Shown here: piece after piece, positions 21,956 through 32,205 of the stretch | Position numbering within the stretch: the first letter of the stretch is position 1 | How the letters are laid out: every line of letters starts with the position of its first letter | NCBI GenBank assembly: GCA_963675525.2 | Contig: CAXXSL010000016.1 | Location: 512,001 to 576,000, forward strand | DNA: 64,000 bases | Source: Anaerohalosphaeraceae bacterium | Lineage (GTDB): Bacteria > Planctomycetota > Phycisphaerae > Sedimentisphaerales > Anaerohalosphaeraceae | Direction of reading: 5' to 3' | The notes under the pieces: generated by a model | What the model was told of the DNA's origin: nothing | What the model saw: the letters and a program-made list of their open reading frames with translations, nothing else | Database searches by the model: none | Translations under genes and position numbers: made by a program

Positions 21956-22426
21956 ATGAAAAAGACACTTCTATTTACAATGGTTTTTGGTATTGCCTCG
22001 TTGGCAAATGCGGGCTTGACATTTGATGCTCCGGCAACGGTTGTTGAAGGCACTGAATTTCAGATTATCTTCAGCGGTACAGTAGCTGATGCTCCTATGG
22101 GAGCCGTCCTTTGGCAAATTGGAAATCCAGCCACTCTAGTCAGTTGGACAATAGAGTCCGCTGCGGGTAACCTGTCAAATTTTGCCGCTTATCCCAGTTA
22201 TGGTGGATTTGAATTAGTTGCTCAAGGGGAAGGTGTGCAGGACGGTGTCTGGTTCACGGTGAATATGCTTGCTGGTCCGGCAGGAACCCAAATGGATTTG
22301 GAATTGTGGGATAGTATCTCTGCCACTACTATTGAACCTAGCTATATAATCATAGATTTCATTCCGGAACCTATGACCCTGTCCCTGCTTGCCCTTGGCG
22401 GTTTACTGCTAAGAAAACGTAAATAG
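21956..22426 (+). CDS. Small PEP-CTERM protein
   Basis: Signal peptide; ends IPEPMTLSLLALGGLLLRKRK. Confidence 0.9.
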   Translation: MKKTLLFTMVFGIASLANAGLTFDAPATVVEGTEFQIIFSGTVADAPMGAVLWQIGNPATLVSWTIESAAGNLSNFAAYPSYGGFELVAQGEGVQDGVWFTVNMLAGPAGTQMDLELWDSISATTIEPSYIIIDFIPEPMTLSLLALGGLLLRKRK

Positions 22427-22470
22427 CATTTACAGGCCGGGAGTTTAACCGCTTCCGGCCTTTTTTATGC
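22425..22470 (+). terminator. Repeated intrinsic terminator, copy 1
   Basis: AGGCCGGGAG-TTTAACCG-CTTCCGGCCT followed by a T-run. Confidence 0.85.
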
Positions 22471-22739
22471 GATGGATGCTCATGAATCCTATCAAATAAT
22501 GCCCAAAGAATAGCGCAACAAAGCCCATAGAAGGTCAGAGTTGCTCTGTACAAAAGGTCGTGCGTACAAAAAACAGGTCATTTTGAGCAAAGCGAAGAAG
22601 CTACGGCATTGAGTTTTCAAAGAATCGCGGTCCATTGTACAAACAACACGCTTGCGTTTTCCCGGATCAGCCGCTACAATCGTGCTCGTGCTGGATACTC
22701 CTAAAATTTACATCAATAACTTTTCATACAGGCGACAAA

Positions 22740-24083
22740 ATGGATAATCTAATCGGGCAATTGACAGACGAAGCAATTAAAAACAATACGATCGCTCCTG
22801 AACTGTTTAAAAAACATGGCATCAAAAGGGCGCTTAGAAACGAAGACGGAACCGGTGTTAAGACCATTCTGACTGAAATCTCTGATGTCAGGGGGTATCG
22901 CGTCGACAAAGGCAAGATCCCGATTGAAGGCCACTTGATCTATCGGGGGATTGAAATTGTAGACCTTGTGGAAGGCTTCTTAAAAGAGGGACGGCACGGT
23001 TTTGATGACACGGCCTATCTCCTGATGTTCGGCAAACTGCCCGATCAGAAAATGGCCGCGAAATTTTCATCCCGACTGGCGCGAAAAAGAGCGCTTCCGG
23101 AAGGATTTGTCCGTGGGTCCGTTCTGACGTTTCCAAGCCCGAACATTATGAACAAGCTGATTGCTTCGGTCAGCGTTCTGTACCGCGAGGACAAAAACAG
23201 AGAAAGCATGGACATTGATAATGTTGTTTCTGAATCCATCGACCTGATCGCAAAACTTCCGACGATTGTCGCCTATTCCTATCACGCGAAAAAATACCAC
23301 ACCGATAAAGGCACATTTACCATCAGGCGACCGGACACGTCGCTGACCACAGCGGAAAACTTCCTTTATATGCTGCGATCGGACGGCCAATATAATGCGC
23401 TTGAAGCGACGATTCTTGACATGATGCTCGTCCTTCACGCCGACCATAGCGGCGGTAATAATTCCACATTTACCACGCATACCGTCACCTCGTCCTGGAC
23501 AGACACCTACTCCTGCCTGGCCGCGTCACTGGCTTCACTGAAGGGGTCACGCCACGGCGGAGCCAATGCAAAAGTCATGTCGATGATGGATGAGATCAAA
23601 GAAACCGTACCCAACTGGTCGAGTGAAAAACAGGTGACCGCCTATTTGAAAAAGATCCTGGCCAAAAAAGCCGGGGACGGTTCCGGCCTGATCTATGGGA
23701 TGGGTCATGCCGTGTACACAAAATCGGATCCCAGAGCGGTTCTTTTAAGGGGCAAGGCCCGTGAACTCGCCGAATCAAAAGGACGAATCGAAGAATTCGA
23801 ACTGTATGAATTAATTGCAGCGATTACGGTTGATCTGATGCAGCAGGCGAAAGGTAAAAACTTTGCCATCTCTCCAAACGTAGATTACTATTCGGGATTT
23901 GTGTACGACTGCATGGGGATACCCAGCGAGGTCTATACGCCTCTTTTCGCCATGGCGAGGATTGCCGGCTGGTCGGCACACCGGATTGAAGAACTTCTCA
24001 GCAGCGGAGGCATTATCAGGCCCGCATCCGTCTATGTGGGACCCCGTAATATTTCGTATGTGCCCCTGAATGAAAGAGATTGA
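22740..24083 (+). CDS. gltA: Citrate synthase (citrate/2-methylcitrate synthase family)
   Basis: LHADHSGGNNST, HGGAN, GMGHAVY, DPRA, PNVDYYSG, RIAGWSAH. Confidence 0.9.
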   Translation: MDNLIGQLTDEAIKNNTIAPELFKKHGIKRALRNEDGTGVKTILTEISDVRGYRVDKGKIPIEGHLIYRGIEIVDLVEGFLKEGRHGFDDTAYLLMFGKLPDQKMAAKFSSRLARKRALPEGFVRGSVLTFPSPNIMNKLIASVSVLYREDKNRESMDIDNVVSESIDLIAKLPTIVAYSYHAKKYHTDKGTFTIRRPDTSLTTAENFLYMLRSDGQYNALEATILDMMLVLHADHSGGNNSTFTTHTVTSSWTDTYSCLAASLASLKGSRHGGANAKVMSMMDEIKETVPNWSSEKQVTAYLKKILAKKAGDGSGLIYGMGHAVYTKSDPRAVLLRGKARELAESKGRIEEFELYELIAAITVDLMQQAKGKNFAISPNVDYYSGFVYDCMGIPSEVYTPLFAMARIAGWSAHRIEELLSSGGIIRPASVYVGPRNISYVPLNERD

Positions 24084-24091
24084 CCAATAAA

Positions 24092-24132
24092 TACAGGCCG
24101 GGAGTTCAATCGCTTCCGGCCTTTTTTTATGC
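24092..24132 (+). terminator. Repeated intrinsic terminator, copy 2
   Basis: ACAGGCCGGGAGTTCAATCGCTTCCGGCCTTTTTTT. Confidence 0.85.
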
Positions 24133-24177
24133 GCGGGATGGGTATTTTCGGAAAGAAAGCACAAAAAGAAAATCATT

Positions 24178-24459
24178 GCTAACAGCGCAGCGGCTTCGGC
24201 TTCTGCACTTCTAAGAAATCCTAAGATTCAGGAGAAAATTTATGAACTCCATAAAGAGATTCTGACCCGAAACGGAGTAACGATCAAATCGGTATTGGCT
24301 AATATCAACCATGACAGGGTGAAAGCAAGAGAAGCCGGATTGTGGTCAGTTGCAACTCAGCCTGATAAACTTGAAGGCCAATACTTGGCCATGTCCACCG
24401 ACAACCTTTTTGCGTTGACATTTCACTGTCATTCTGGCGACATAAAGTGTCGCAAATAA
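24178..24459 (+). pseudogene. Terminase small subunit-like fragment lacking a start
   Basis: Hand translation NSAAASASALLRNPKIQEKIYELHKEILTRNGVTIKSVLANINHDRVKAREAGLWSVATQPDKLEGQYLAMSTD follows the Terminase_2-type pattern. Confidence 0.6.
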
Positions 24460-24466
24460 TAGTGAG

Positions 24467-24748
24467 GTGATTTATATGATTGAAGTAAATGATACGTTTC
24501 CTGAACTCATGACAGAGAATGAGCTAATTCAATTCCTTCGGATTCCTGAAGCGTCGAATTCCAGAGACTATCATAATGTAGTCAGGAATTTAATTCGTTT
24601 CAAAGACTTGCCACCGACTCGCATACGCAGAAAGATATTGTTTCCACGGAAAGCCATTCTCGAATGGATAGGCTTTGGTCAGGCTGGATTGTCCAGCTTG
24701 CTTACATCAGCTTTGCTTGGCACATTTAATACTGTTTGCATTCCTTGA
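24467..24748 (+). CDS. Excisionase-like helix-turn-helix protein, possibly a remnant
   Basis: ELMTENELIQFLRI...DLPPTRIRRKILFPRKAILEWI resembles HTH_17/Xis; the C-terminal tail looks unrelated. Confidence 0.6.
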   Translation: MIYMIEVNDTFPELMTENELIQFLRIPEASNSRDYHNVVRNLIRFKDLPPTRIRRKILFPRKAILEWIGFGQAGLSSLLTSALLGTFNTVCIP

Positions 24749-24933
24749 ATATTCTTTAAGCCCTTTAAAATACAATTCTTAGAGTTTTTCATTTTTGCAT
24801 TTTCGAGAGCTGTTATGTGTTTTGGTTCTAAAACAGTTGTAACTTCTAATCAGTCTAAACAACAGGTTTTATTTTATCCGGTATGCTGAACCGTAACGGC
24901 ATCAATCTGATAGGCCGGGTAATCAAAAAGCAA

Positions 24934-27900
24934 TCATAAGCCATTATAGAGAGCCGTTACCTCCGCATCACTTAGATTGTAATTGTAGATACGAATATCA
25001 TCCATGCGGCCCTGGTAATAGTCGTCAGCTGACCAATTGCTGCGGCCGATGTAATTGTTCGTTCGGGTTACACTGGTCGGGGAAGTTGTACCGGTTCCGA
25101 CAAGCTGGCCGTTTTTAAACAGCCGAACATTCCCAGATTGGTCTACCGTGACAGTAAACATCTGCCATGCGTTCAGAGTAATTGCATCCGCAGCAGCCAC
25201 CCATCCGCCACTGCTACCCCCGGCCCAGCATTCAAACTCAAGATTATTCGTTGATGCCTGTCGACCAAACCAGATATTATCAGAAGCCGCACCATTACCG
25301 AAATCGATAAATCGTGCCCAGTTCTGCACACTAGTTGGATACACCCACAGCGAAATCGTACAGCCTTTGGTAAAATCATTCAAACCGTCCGGCAGATCAA
25401 TATAATCATTGCTACCGTCAAAGTCTAACGCGTTCCCGACTTGTCCGGAAACGGAGTCGTTATTGAAGGACAAACCGCCACTGAGTGTACCATCCATATT
25501 CTTCGTACTGGAATCATTGGCAGTTGTGCCGCTTGTTTCTTCCAGTGCCCAATGCCCGATCAATTCAGAAGGCGTCGGCAGCGGCACCGGGGTCGCTAGG
25601 GACGAATTCGTTGGCAGCCAGACGGCCATCTGTCCGGCACCGCGATGAGCCCATGCATAATAAGGGATTGCTGTGAACGTTTCATTCTGCTCGACAGTTC
25701 CTCCGCCTGCGGCTTCATACAGACCTTTTACTGTGCCAGTAATGACATTGCCCTTGTTGACAATTGTTGGATCACTCAGCATATCGTTCCGATATTCTGC
25801 CGTAAACGTGGTTCCATCCGGTACGCAAAGATGGGTGACCGTACTGCTGTTAAAGTCAGGCCATTCGGCACAATATACAATGGGGCCCCGTTCAATCGCG
25901 GTTCGATCAACATCGGCCCCAATGCTGGGGTGAGACAGTACCTGTCGAACCGGCATCGGTAGTGAAAGGTGAATCTGGTCGCCGGCCTGCCAAGTCCTGT
26001 TTATGGCAACGTATCCCTTCTGAATATTCAATGACACAGGTGCCCCGTTGACATCCAGCGTCACCGGGGTGCTGCTCTGAACTTTGTACGAATACAAGTC
26101 GCCGGGAACCGGCTGATTTTGTGCCCATCCCGGAATGCGCATATGGACGGTAAAGGTGCCGGATGCATCCGGATTCACCGTAATGGTCATATTACCATCC
26201 CAGGGATAGCTGCCGGTTTGTGTTAAACTCACCTCCGTGTTTGCCAACAGCACGGTTCCGGTACTGGCTACATACAGGTTGACATAAATTTCGTTATCAT
26301 CCTGACAATATACATACCCGGGTAAAGAGGGAATCGTCCGGGCGATATTACCGACACAGCAGTTGCAGGAAAACCAGCCGCTGCGTGTATATCCACCGCT
26401 GGAAACTAATGGATTGGGATAGAAAAATGTATCGCCCTTCAACGAGACACCACTGATTAATGAATTGTAAAGCGTTCGCTCCAGTACGTCGATATATTTG
26501 CCGTCCCGATGGTACAGGAACATCTTCTGATTCCACATCACATTGGCAATCTGAGCACAAGTTTCGCAATACCCGTCATTCGGCAAATAATAAGGAGCGC
26601 CGAACGATTCGCCGCCGTGCGAGGCACCAAGGCCGCCTGTAATGTAAGCCTTGGTATCATTGACACTATGCCAGATGCTGTCCAAAGCCGTCATCAGGGC
26701 TTCTCGATACTCAGCGTCATCCGTTCGAGCAGCCACATCCGCCATGCCCATATACAGATAGACCGCACGCACAACATGCCCAACCGCTTCAGTCTGCTGC
26801 AGTACCGGCAGATGATCTTGATTGTAGGCACCCCATGGACTGTAATCATCCGTAACGGTACCGCGAATCTCCAAGTAATACCGTGCCAGAGCCAGATACC
26901 GGGAATCATCAGTAATCTCGGACAAACGCGCCAGAGCGGATTCAACAATCTCATGTCCGGGTGGGATTTCCACGCCGCCGTCATGGAACGTATTTACCAA
27001 CAAATCAGCAAAGTTAATAGCGACGTTTAACAAGGACGTTTTACCGGTTGCCTGATAATGGGCGATCGCCGCCTCAAATAAGTGCCCTGCGTCATATAAT
27101 TCATGGCTTCCCGAAAGACTTGACCAAGGAGTGGGACCACACCAGATATCGATACCGTTGGTTCGGATTGTATAAAGATAACCGGGGAAATACCCATTAT
27201 TGGCCTGGGCAGCCGCTATTTTGGTAATCAAACCATCCAGATAGGCATCGAGTGTCGGGTCCGGTGAAACCATGAGCGAATAGCTGGCCCCTTCCAGTGT
27301 TTTATAGATATCGGTATCATCAAACGGAAAGTCGTATCGCGGCGTTCCGGTCATGAGGTCGCCGGCAATCGCAAAATTATCAATCCGGTTATGGGAGGAG
27401 TCATAAACACCTTCCAGTTGGTCAAAGATATAGGGAACCGTTACCTGACGATTGGTCTGCAGGCGAGGCAGCCAGAATTCATCGGTAAATGACACTTCAG
27501 TAAAAGGAACCGCTTTCAATAGTTCAAAGTTTGCCGGGATATCATTTACAGTAACCTGCAATTGGGTTTGGACGGGAGGATTAATACCGTCATCGGCCTG
27601 AACCGTAAAATTGTTGGTACCGACATCACCCGTTGCGGGCATACCGGATAGATCGCCATTGGCGGTAATGATCAGCCACGATGGCTCACCGATCTTACTG
27701 AAGACCAGCGAGGAGACATCATAATACGTTACATCGTCAGCCAGAGTGTCGTTGTAAGCAGTATCGACCAAAGCATCCGCTTCAACAATCGGATCAGCAT
27801 TGAAAACCGGGGCCTCGATAAAAAGCCAGTTGGCAGCGATCTGCTGGAGAGTTGCCAGGTCAAAGATACCCTGCCAGTCGCTGGCCAGCATCGCAATATC

Positions 27901-28668
27901 TTCCAGGTCCACTTTGCCGTTGCCGCTCAAATCACCATTATCCGGTATAATGGGTGTTAAGTGAACGATGAAAACACGGTCGCCCGGTGCGTTGTCGAGA
28001 GAATTATTGGCCGCCCCGCTTGCACCGCTGGTGTATGACGAACCGTCAGCGTACGGATTGCCGCCAACAGCCGTATTTTTGATACCCAAAGTCTCGAAAA
28101 ATGCTGAATTTGAAGCGATATCAAAACCATAAAGCGTATTGGCATTCAGAGTAACCGGCGTATCGAACGTAAACATGAACCACGTGCCCGTACCATTTGC
28201 GGTGTTGGTTGCAGTATCAACCGAAAAAATATTTGCTTCCGAGCCGGTTAGGATGTATGTCTCGCTATCTAAAACAACCGCTGATGAACCGCTCTCGGAC
28301 GGGTCCGTCACACGAATCGTAAATTGTGTGCCGGTTGTCATATTATACCAAGTCGCATCTGTATTCGATGTATAACCGGCGTGTTGAACCGTGACAGCGT
28401 CAATCTGGTACGCCGGATAAAACGATGGGGTCACAAAGGTTTGCCCCTGAGCCGGACGGTCAGAAGCGATATAGGTGGTTGCGTCATTGCCGCTGCCGTC
28501 CGCTGTTGCTGTGCCGACATTATCCTGATCGGCGGCGGCCCCAACGAGACTTGAAATGTCATCGGCGCCGACGGACGGTTGGGTCGTACTGAATGTTATG
28601 GTTGCAGCCGGGGTTACAGAGGTGATTAAAAGTATAATGAGAACAGTCAAAACAGTGTAAACCTTCAT
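24934..28668 (-). CDS. Secreted GH127 beta-L-arabinofuranosidase-family protein with unknown N-terminal domain, dockerin-like motif, Ig-like domain and LamG
   Basis: FDDTDIYK, HELYDAGH, GHVVRA, GESF, CETC, CNCC, ERGPIVYC, IPYYAW; C-terminal LamG. Confidence 0.9.
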   Translation of the reverse strand: MKVYTVLTVLIILLITSVTPAATITFSTTQPSVGADDISSLVGAAADQDNVGTATADGSGNDATTYIASDRPAQGQTFVTPSFYPAYQIDAVTVQHAGYTSNTDATWYNMTTGTQFTIRVTDPSESGSSAVVLDSETYILTGSEANIFSVDTATNTANGTGTWFMFTFDTPVTLNANTLYGFDIASNSAFFETLGIKNTAVGGNPYADGSSYTSGASGAANNSLDNAPGDRVFIVHLTPIIPDNGDLSGNGKVDLEDIAMLASDWQGIFDLATLQQIAANWLFIEAPVFNADPIVEADALVDTAYNDTLADDVTYYDVSSLVFSKIGEPSWLIITANGDLSGMPATGDVGTNNFTVQADDGINPPVQTQLQVTVNDIPANFELLKAVPFTEVSFTDEFWLPRLQTNRQVTVPYIFDQLEGVYDSSHNRIDNFAIAGDLMTGTPRYDFPFDDTDIYKTLEGASYSLMVSPDPTLDAYLDGLITKIAAAQANNGYFPGYLYTIRTNGIDIWCGPTPWSSLSGSHELYDAGHLFEAAIAHYQATGKTSLLNVAINFADLLVNTFHDGGVEIPPGHEIVESALARLSEITDDSRYLALARYYLEIRGTVTDDYSPWGAYNQDHLPVLQQTEAVGHVVRAVYLYMGMADVAARTDDAEYREALMTALDSIWHSVNDTKAYITGGLGASHGGESFGAPYYLPNDGYCETCAQIANVMWNQKMFLYHRDGKYIDVLERTLYNSLISGVSLKGDTFFYPNPLVSSGGYTRSGWFSCNCCVGNIARTIPSLPGYVYCQDDNEIYVNLYVASTGTVLLANTEVSLTQTGSYPWDGNMTITVNPDASGTFTVHMRIPGWAQNQPVPGDLYSYKVQSSTPVTLDVNGAPVSLNIQKGYVAINRTWQAGDQIHLSLPMPVRQVLSHPSIGADVDRTAIERGPIVYCAEWPDFNSSTVTHLCVPDGTTFTAEYRNDMLSDPTIVNKGNVITGTVKGLYEAAGGGTVEQNETFTAIPYYAWAHRGAGQMAVWLPTNSSLATPVPLPTPSELIGHWALEETSGTTANDSSTKNMDGTLSGGLSFNNDSVSGQVGNALDFDGSNDYIDLPDGLNDFTKGCTISLWVYPTSVQNWARFIDFGNGAASDNIWFGRQASTNNLEFECWAGGSSGGWVAAADAITLNAWQMFTVTVDQSGNVRLFKNGQLVGTGTTSPTSVTRTNNYIGRSNWSADDYYQGRMDDIRIYNYNLSDAEVTALYNGL

Positions 28669-28810
28669 ATCAAAACCCCAAAAAATTAATGAATAACATT
28701 TCTATAGCACAACGAATCATCGATATCCCTGCTATTTTATGACCTTAACGATGTATATCCTGTCCGGTTTTTATGATTCAAAACTTCATCCCATATGTTT
28801 GTCTAAATAT

Positions 28811-28842
28811 AAGGTACTGCGCCGATGAAGACGCAGTACCTT
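28811..28842 (-). terminator. Terminator-like hairpin after PEP-CTERM gene 28883-29539
   Basis: AAGGTACTGCG / CGCAGTACCTT stem. Confidence 0.6.
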
Positions 28843-28882
28843 CAATTCTAAATTTACAAGCGCAAATTGAATTTAATCAATT

Positions 28883-29539
28883 TTAGCCTTTGCGACGCAG
28901 TACCAGAGCACCCAAACCTAACAATGCCATCGTGGCCGGTTCCGGAATTGAAAGATTGTCAACAGCGGTCCAGGGTTCGCCTACTGTCCCGGCAAAATTT
29001 TCAAGACGGATGAACAATTCGTCCGTGGTGTTCGCGCTGCTTAAGTCAAGAACACCCGATTTCCAAATCCAAGCACCTGGATCTAATACAGCGTTGAAAC
29101 TAACCGAATCAATCAGTGTCACTCCGGGATCAGCAGCAATATCGACGTTATCAGCACCGACAAAGCTTGCAGCCTGATATACCGAAATGGCCACGCCCAA
29201 ATCACGCGCTGAACCCGCATCCGTAAAAGAGCCGAGCTTAAATCCAACCGGTACCGAAGCAAGTGCTGCATCATTAACACCAATGCTCTGGTAGGCCCAG
29301 TTTGTTGTGGTAAACATATAGCTCAAACCTAAAACTGAACTTCCGGTCGGGGAAACCGTCGGGCCGGCCCAAGTGGACTCCCACCAATTATTGGTGTTAA
29401 CAGTAACCGTATCAAACCAACCGGTAACATTCGAGGTTTGCACTGCATCGGCCTCGAAATCCCCATTGCTGATCCCCAAATCGGCCGTTGCCATTCCAGT
29501 CAAAGCGACACACATTAAAACAAACAATAATCTTTTCAT
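28883..29539 (-). CDS. PEP-CTERM sorting-domain protein
   Basis: Signal peptide MKRLLFV; NGDFE start typical of galactose-binding-like domains; ends IPEPATMALLGLGALVLRRKG. Confidence 0.92.
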   Translation of the reverse strand: MKRLLFVLMCVALTGMATADLGISNGDFEADAVQTSNVTGWFDTVTVNTNNWWESTWAGPTVSPTGSSVLGLSYMFTTTNWAYQSIGVNDAALASVPVGFKLGSFTDAGSARDLGVAISVYQAASFVGADNVDIAADPGVTLIDSVSFNAVLDPGAWIWKSGVLDLSSANTTDELFIRLENFAGTVGEPWTAVDNLSIPEPATMALLGLGALVLRRKG

Positions 29540-29630
29540 CTTTTCTACCTCCACATTAAAGTTAAATACATTTACTTACAGAAACACACTTTCCACACAC
29601 ACATTTCACACTTCACACACTTCACGTTAA
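29540..29630 (-). promoter_or_regulatory. GT-rich repetitive 5' leader of the PEP-CTERM gene
   Basis: GTGAAGTGTGTGAAGTGTGAAATGTGTGTG...GGAGGTAGAAAAG-ATG on the minus strand. Confidence 0.5.
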
Positions 29631-29756
29631 TTCCGTTTTTTACAATCTTCTTCCTTCTGCCGACGCATCTTAAGGCCATCGTCAAACAAATTTTAGGATT
29701 TCCGGGTATCGGGCAGGATACCCGGAAACCGCGTCTCTTATATACCTCATCAAAAA

Positions 29757-31844
29757 CTATGGATAGATACGGTTGGTATCCAGCCACTCCGTCGCAAACA
29801 TTGCGAAATCTTCCAGATTTGTTCGGCAATCATCGTTGAAGTCATACACAAGGGCTTCTACTTCATTGTTACAAATATAGTCACCCCTGACGTCCAAGTA
29901 GTCATCTGCAATCTGTTGTGTTGTTCGGGCATAGTTGTAGATCTTCAGATCGTCAACCAGGCCGTTGAAGTATGGGTCAGCAACATATTGACTGTCGGCG
30001 ATGAAATTGGTTGCCATGTTCACCTGAATCGGATTAAGCGTAAAAACGGTGTTTGTGGCTTCGAGTTCGCCATTGACATACATGCGTGCCGTATCGCCAT
30101 TCAACGTCACAGTCACCTGGGTCCACTCGCCGGTCGGCATCAATCCCGTCTGAACGTTTTGCTCACCGCCAGCTGAAATAACAAACCGCAAATTAGTGCC
30201 CGCTGCATTTGGCGACAGGAACATATACTGGCCTACACCATTGCCAAAGTCCAGGATGCGCTGCCAGTTGTCACCACCGGCCCAGTAAACCCATACGGAG
30301 ATGGTGATATCTTCGTACTCGGCAACACCGGGCTCAATGAGGGCATACTGACCCCAAGCATTATTCGGATCCTCCACATCGCGGTTACCAAACAAGAGGC
30401 TTTCGTCGCCAACGACTGCATCCACGACGTTCGCATCCAGCACCGGATAATCCATGCCGTCATCAACACCGGTCACAGACTCGCTGGCCAAAACCATGCC
30501 ATAACCGTCGACAATATCAACCTGAACATCATTGCCGTCAACAACAGTGGCGTTGTCCGTATCCAGCGGCCAATAACTCGTAAGACGATGGGTCATCAGA
30601 CGGCCGGGATCGCTCGTAGCATTGCCGGCTGAATTTTCAACATAACAATAGTAATACCCTTCATCTCCCGACTGAACATCCAGAACCGTCAGTTCACTGG
30701 TATTACCGATTGTATCTATGCTATAATTTACATCATCATCGACCAGCGGCGTCGGATCGCCGACTTTATACCATTCATAGCTGGCCACATTGGTACCCGT
30801 TACCGACAATTGAACACTTGCCTGCCCGGCATCAACCGCCGTATAGGCAGGAGCGACAGGAGTGACCTGAGGTTCTTCCGGTATCGTTGTAAAATTTGAA
30901 ACCGGACCGGGAATCGGAAAGAAATCCGTCGCTCCGGGCAACGTATTGGGTTCATACCCAATAACCTTCCAGTAATAGGTTGTGTCATACAGCAGATCTA
31001 CAGGCAAACTCTCCAGATTGACCGTATACTGAGCCTGTGTCACTGACATGCCGTCAATAATTTTGTAGGCGGCATTGTCCGTCAGGTTGGGATCATTTTC
31101 CGTACCGAACTGAACATCGACTTTTGTGATAGCAGCTTCATTGATTGTAAAAACCAGGTCATTTTCAGAGGCAGTACGCTCAACCGGAATATTATCAGCG
31201 TTACCCGCGGGTGAATCATAATCAAATGAAAATGTTACGGGATTTACGATGGCAACATTATCAATCGCGGTCCATGGCTCGCCCACTGTTCCGGCATAAT
31301 TCTCAAAACGTATGAACAACTCACCGTTGCCGGCCGTACGCAGATCAAGTGTAATCGTGTCTGTCAAGGACGCTCCTACGGCCACTGAAGCATACAAGTT
31401 ACTAACGGAGTCGATCAGCGTGATTCCCGATGCGCCATCAATATCCGTGTTATCGGCTGGGACAAAAGTTCCGTCGGACTCATAAACCGAAACTGTCACA
31501 CCCAGATCACGAGAGACACCGGCATCCGTAAAGGAGCCGACATCGTAGCTGAGAGTCATTCCCTGCCAATTTAAATCATTGGTACCCATACTCTGATAGG
31601 CCCAATTCGTGGTCGTGAACATATAGCTTAAACCCATCACCGAAGTTGCATTCGGCGAAACGGTCGGACCGGCCCAGGTTGATTCCCACCAATTGGCTGT
31701 GTTTGCGGTAACCGTGTCATACCAATCGGTAACGTTAGACGTTTGCGCTGCATCGGCTTCAAAATCACCGTTGGTGATGGCCAGGTCCGCTTGTGCAGCT
31801 CCCAGCAAACAACACATCATTAACAATAACATCATTCTTTTCAT
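29757..31844 (-). CDS. Secreted long twin of PEP-CTERM protein 28883-29539, plus Ig-like, LamG and dockerin-like C-terminus
   Basis: Shares NWWESTWAGPTVSP, GLSYMFTTTNWAYQS and AGTVGEPWTA with the PEP-CTERM protein; ends YDFNDDCRTNLEDFAMFATEWL. Confidence 0.88.
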   Translation of the reverse strand: MKRMMLLLMMCCLLGAAQADLAITNGDFEADAAQTSNVTDWYDTVTANTANWWESTWAGPTVSPNATSVMGLSYMFTTTNWAYQSMGTNDLNWQGMTLSYDVGSFTDAGVSRDLGVTVSVYESDGTFVPADNTDIDGASGITLIDSVSNLYASVAVGASLTDTITLDLRTAGNGELFIRFENYAGTVGEPWTAIDNVAIVNPVTFSFDYDSPAGNADNIPVERTASENDLVFTINEAAITKVDVQFGTENDPNLTDNAAYKIIDGMSVTQAQYTVNLESLPVDLLYDTTYYWKVIGYEPNTLPGATDFFPIPGPVSNFTTIPEEPQVTPVAPAYTAVDAGQASVQLSVTGTNVASYEWYKVGDPTPLVDDDVNYSIDTIGNTSELTVLDVQSGDEGYYYCYVENSAGNATSDPGRLMTHRLTSYWPLDTDNATVVDGNDVQVDIVDGYGMVLASESVTGVDDGMDYPVLDANVVDAVVGDESLLFGNRDVEDPNNAWGQYALIEPGVAEYEDITISVWVYWAGGDNWQRILDFGNGVGQYMFLSPNAAGTNLRFVISAGGEQNVQTGLMPTGEWTQVTVTLNGDTARMYVNGELEATNTVFTLNPIQVNMATNFIADSQYVADPYFNGLVDDLKIYNYARTTQQIADDYLDVRGDYICNNEVEALVYDFNDDCRTNLEDFAMFATEWLDTNRIYP

Positions 31845-32111
31845 TTTTGTTCTCCTCATAAATAACATTGGTTTATTAAATGGATCGTTCATTTTTAGAT
31901 TTATATAAGCAATAACACCCTCCTTTCATTTACTCCAAAATGTTCCGTTCCTATCTTCTCTGCTTCCATCACTCATTTCTCTCAGCGTCAGGCTCTAACT
32001 CTATACAAACGATATAGTTATAGTATTTTGCTTGTCTATGCGTATATTTTATTGTATTATGATATTTTGACATTGAACGGTAGGCGCAAAAAAAGCCTCT
32101 CGTTCATCTCA

Positions 32112-32154
32112 GGTGGGCCGGTTAGAGTCGGCCAAAACTTCGGACCGGCCCACC
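32112..32154. terminator. Hairpin downstream of FecR gene 2
   Basis: GGTGGGCCGGT / ACCGGCCCACC stem. Confidence 0.5.
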
Positions 32155-32205
32155 ATTAAAAACACACATTCAAGTTTCTATTTCATTTCAAAATATATCT
32201 GCAAA

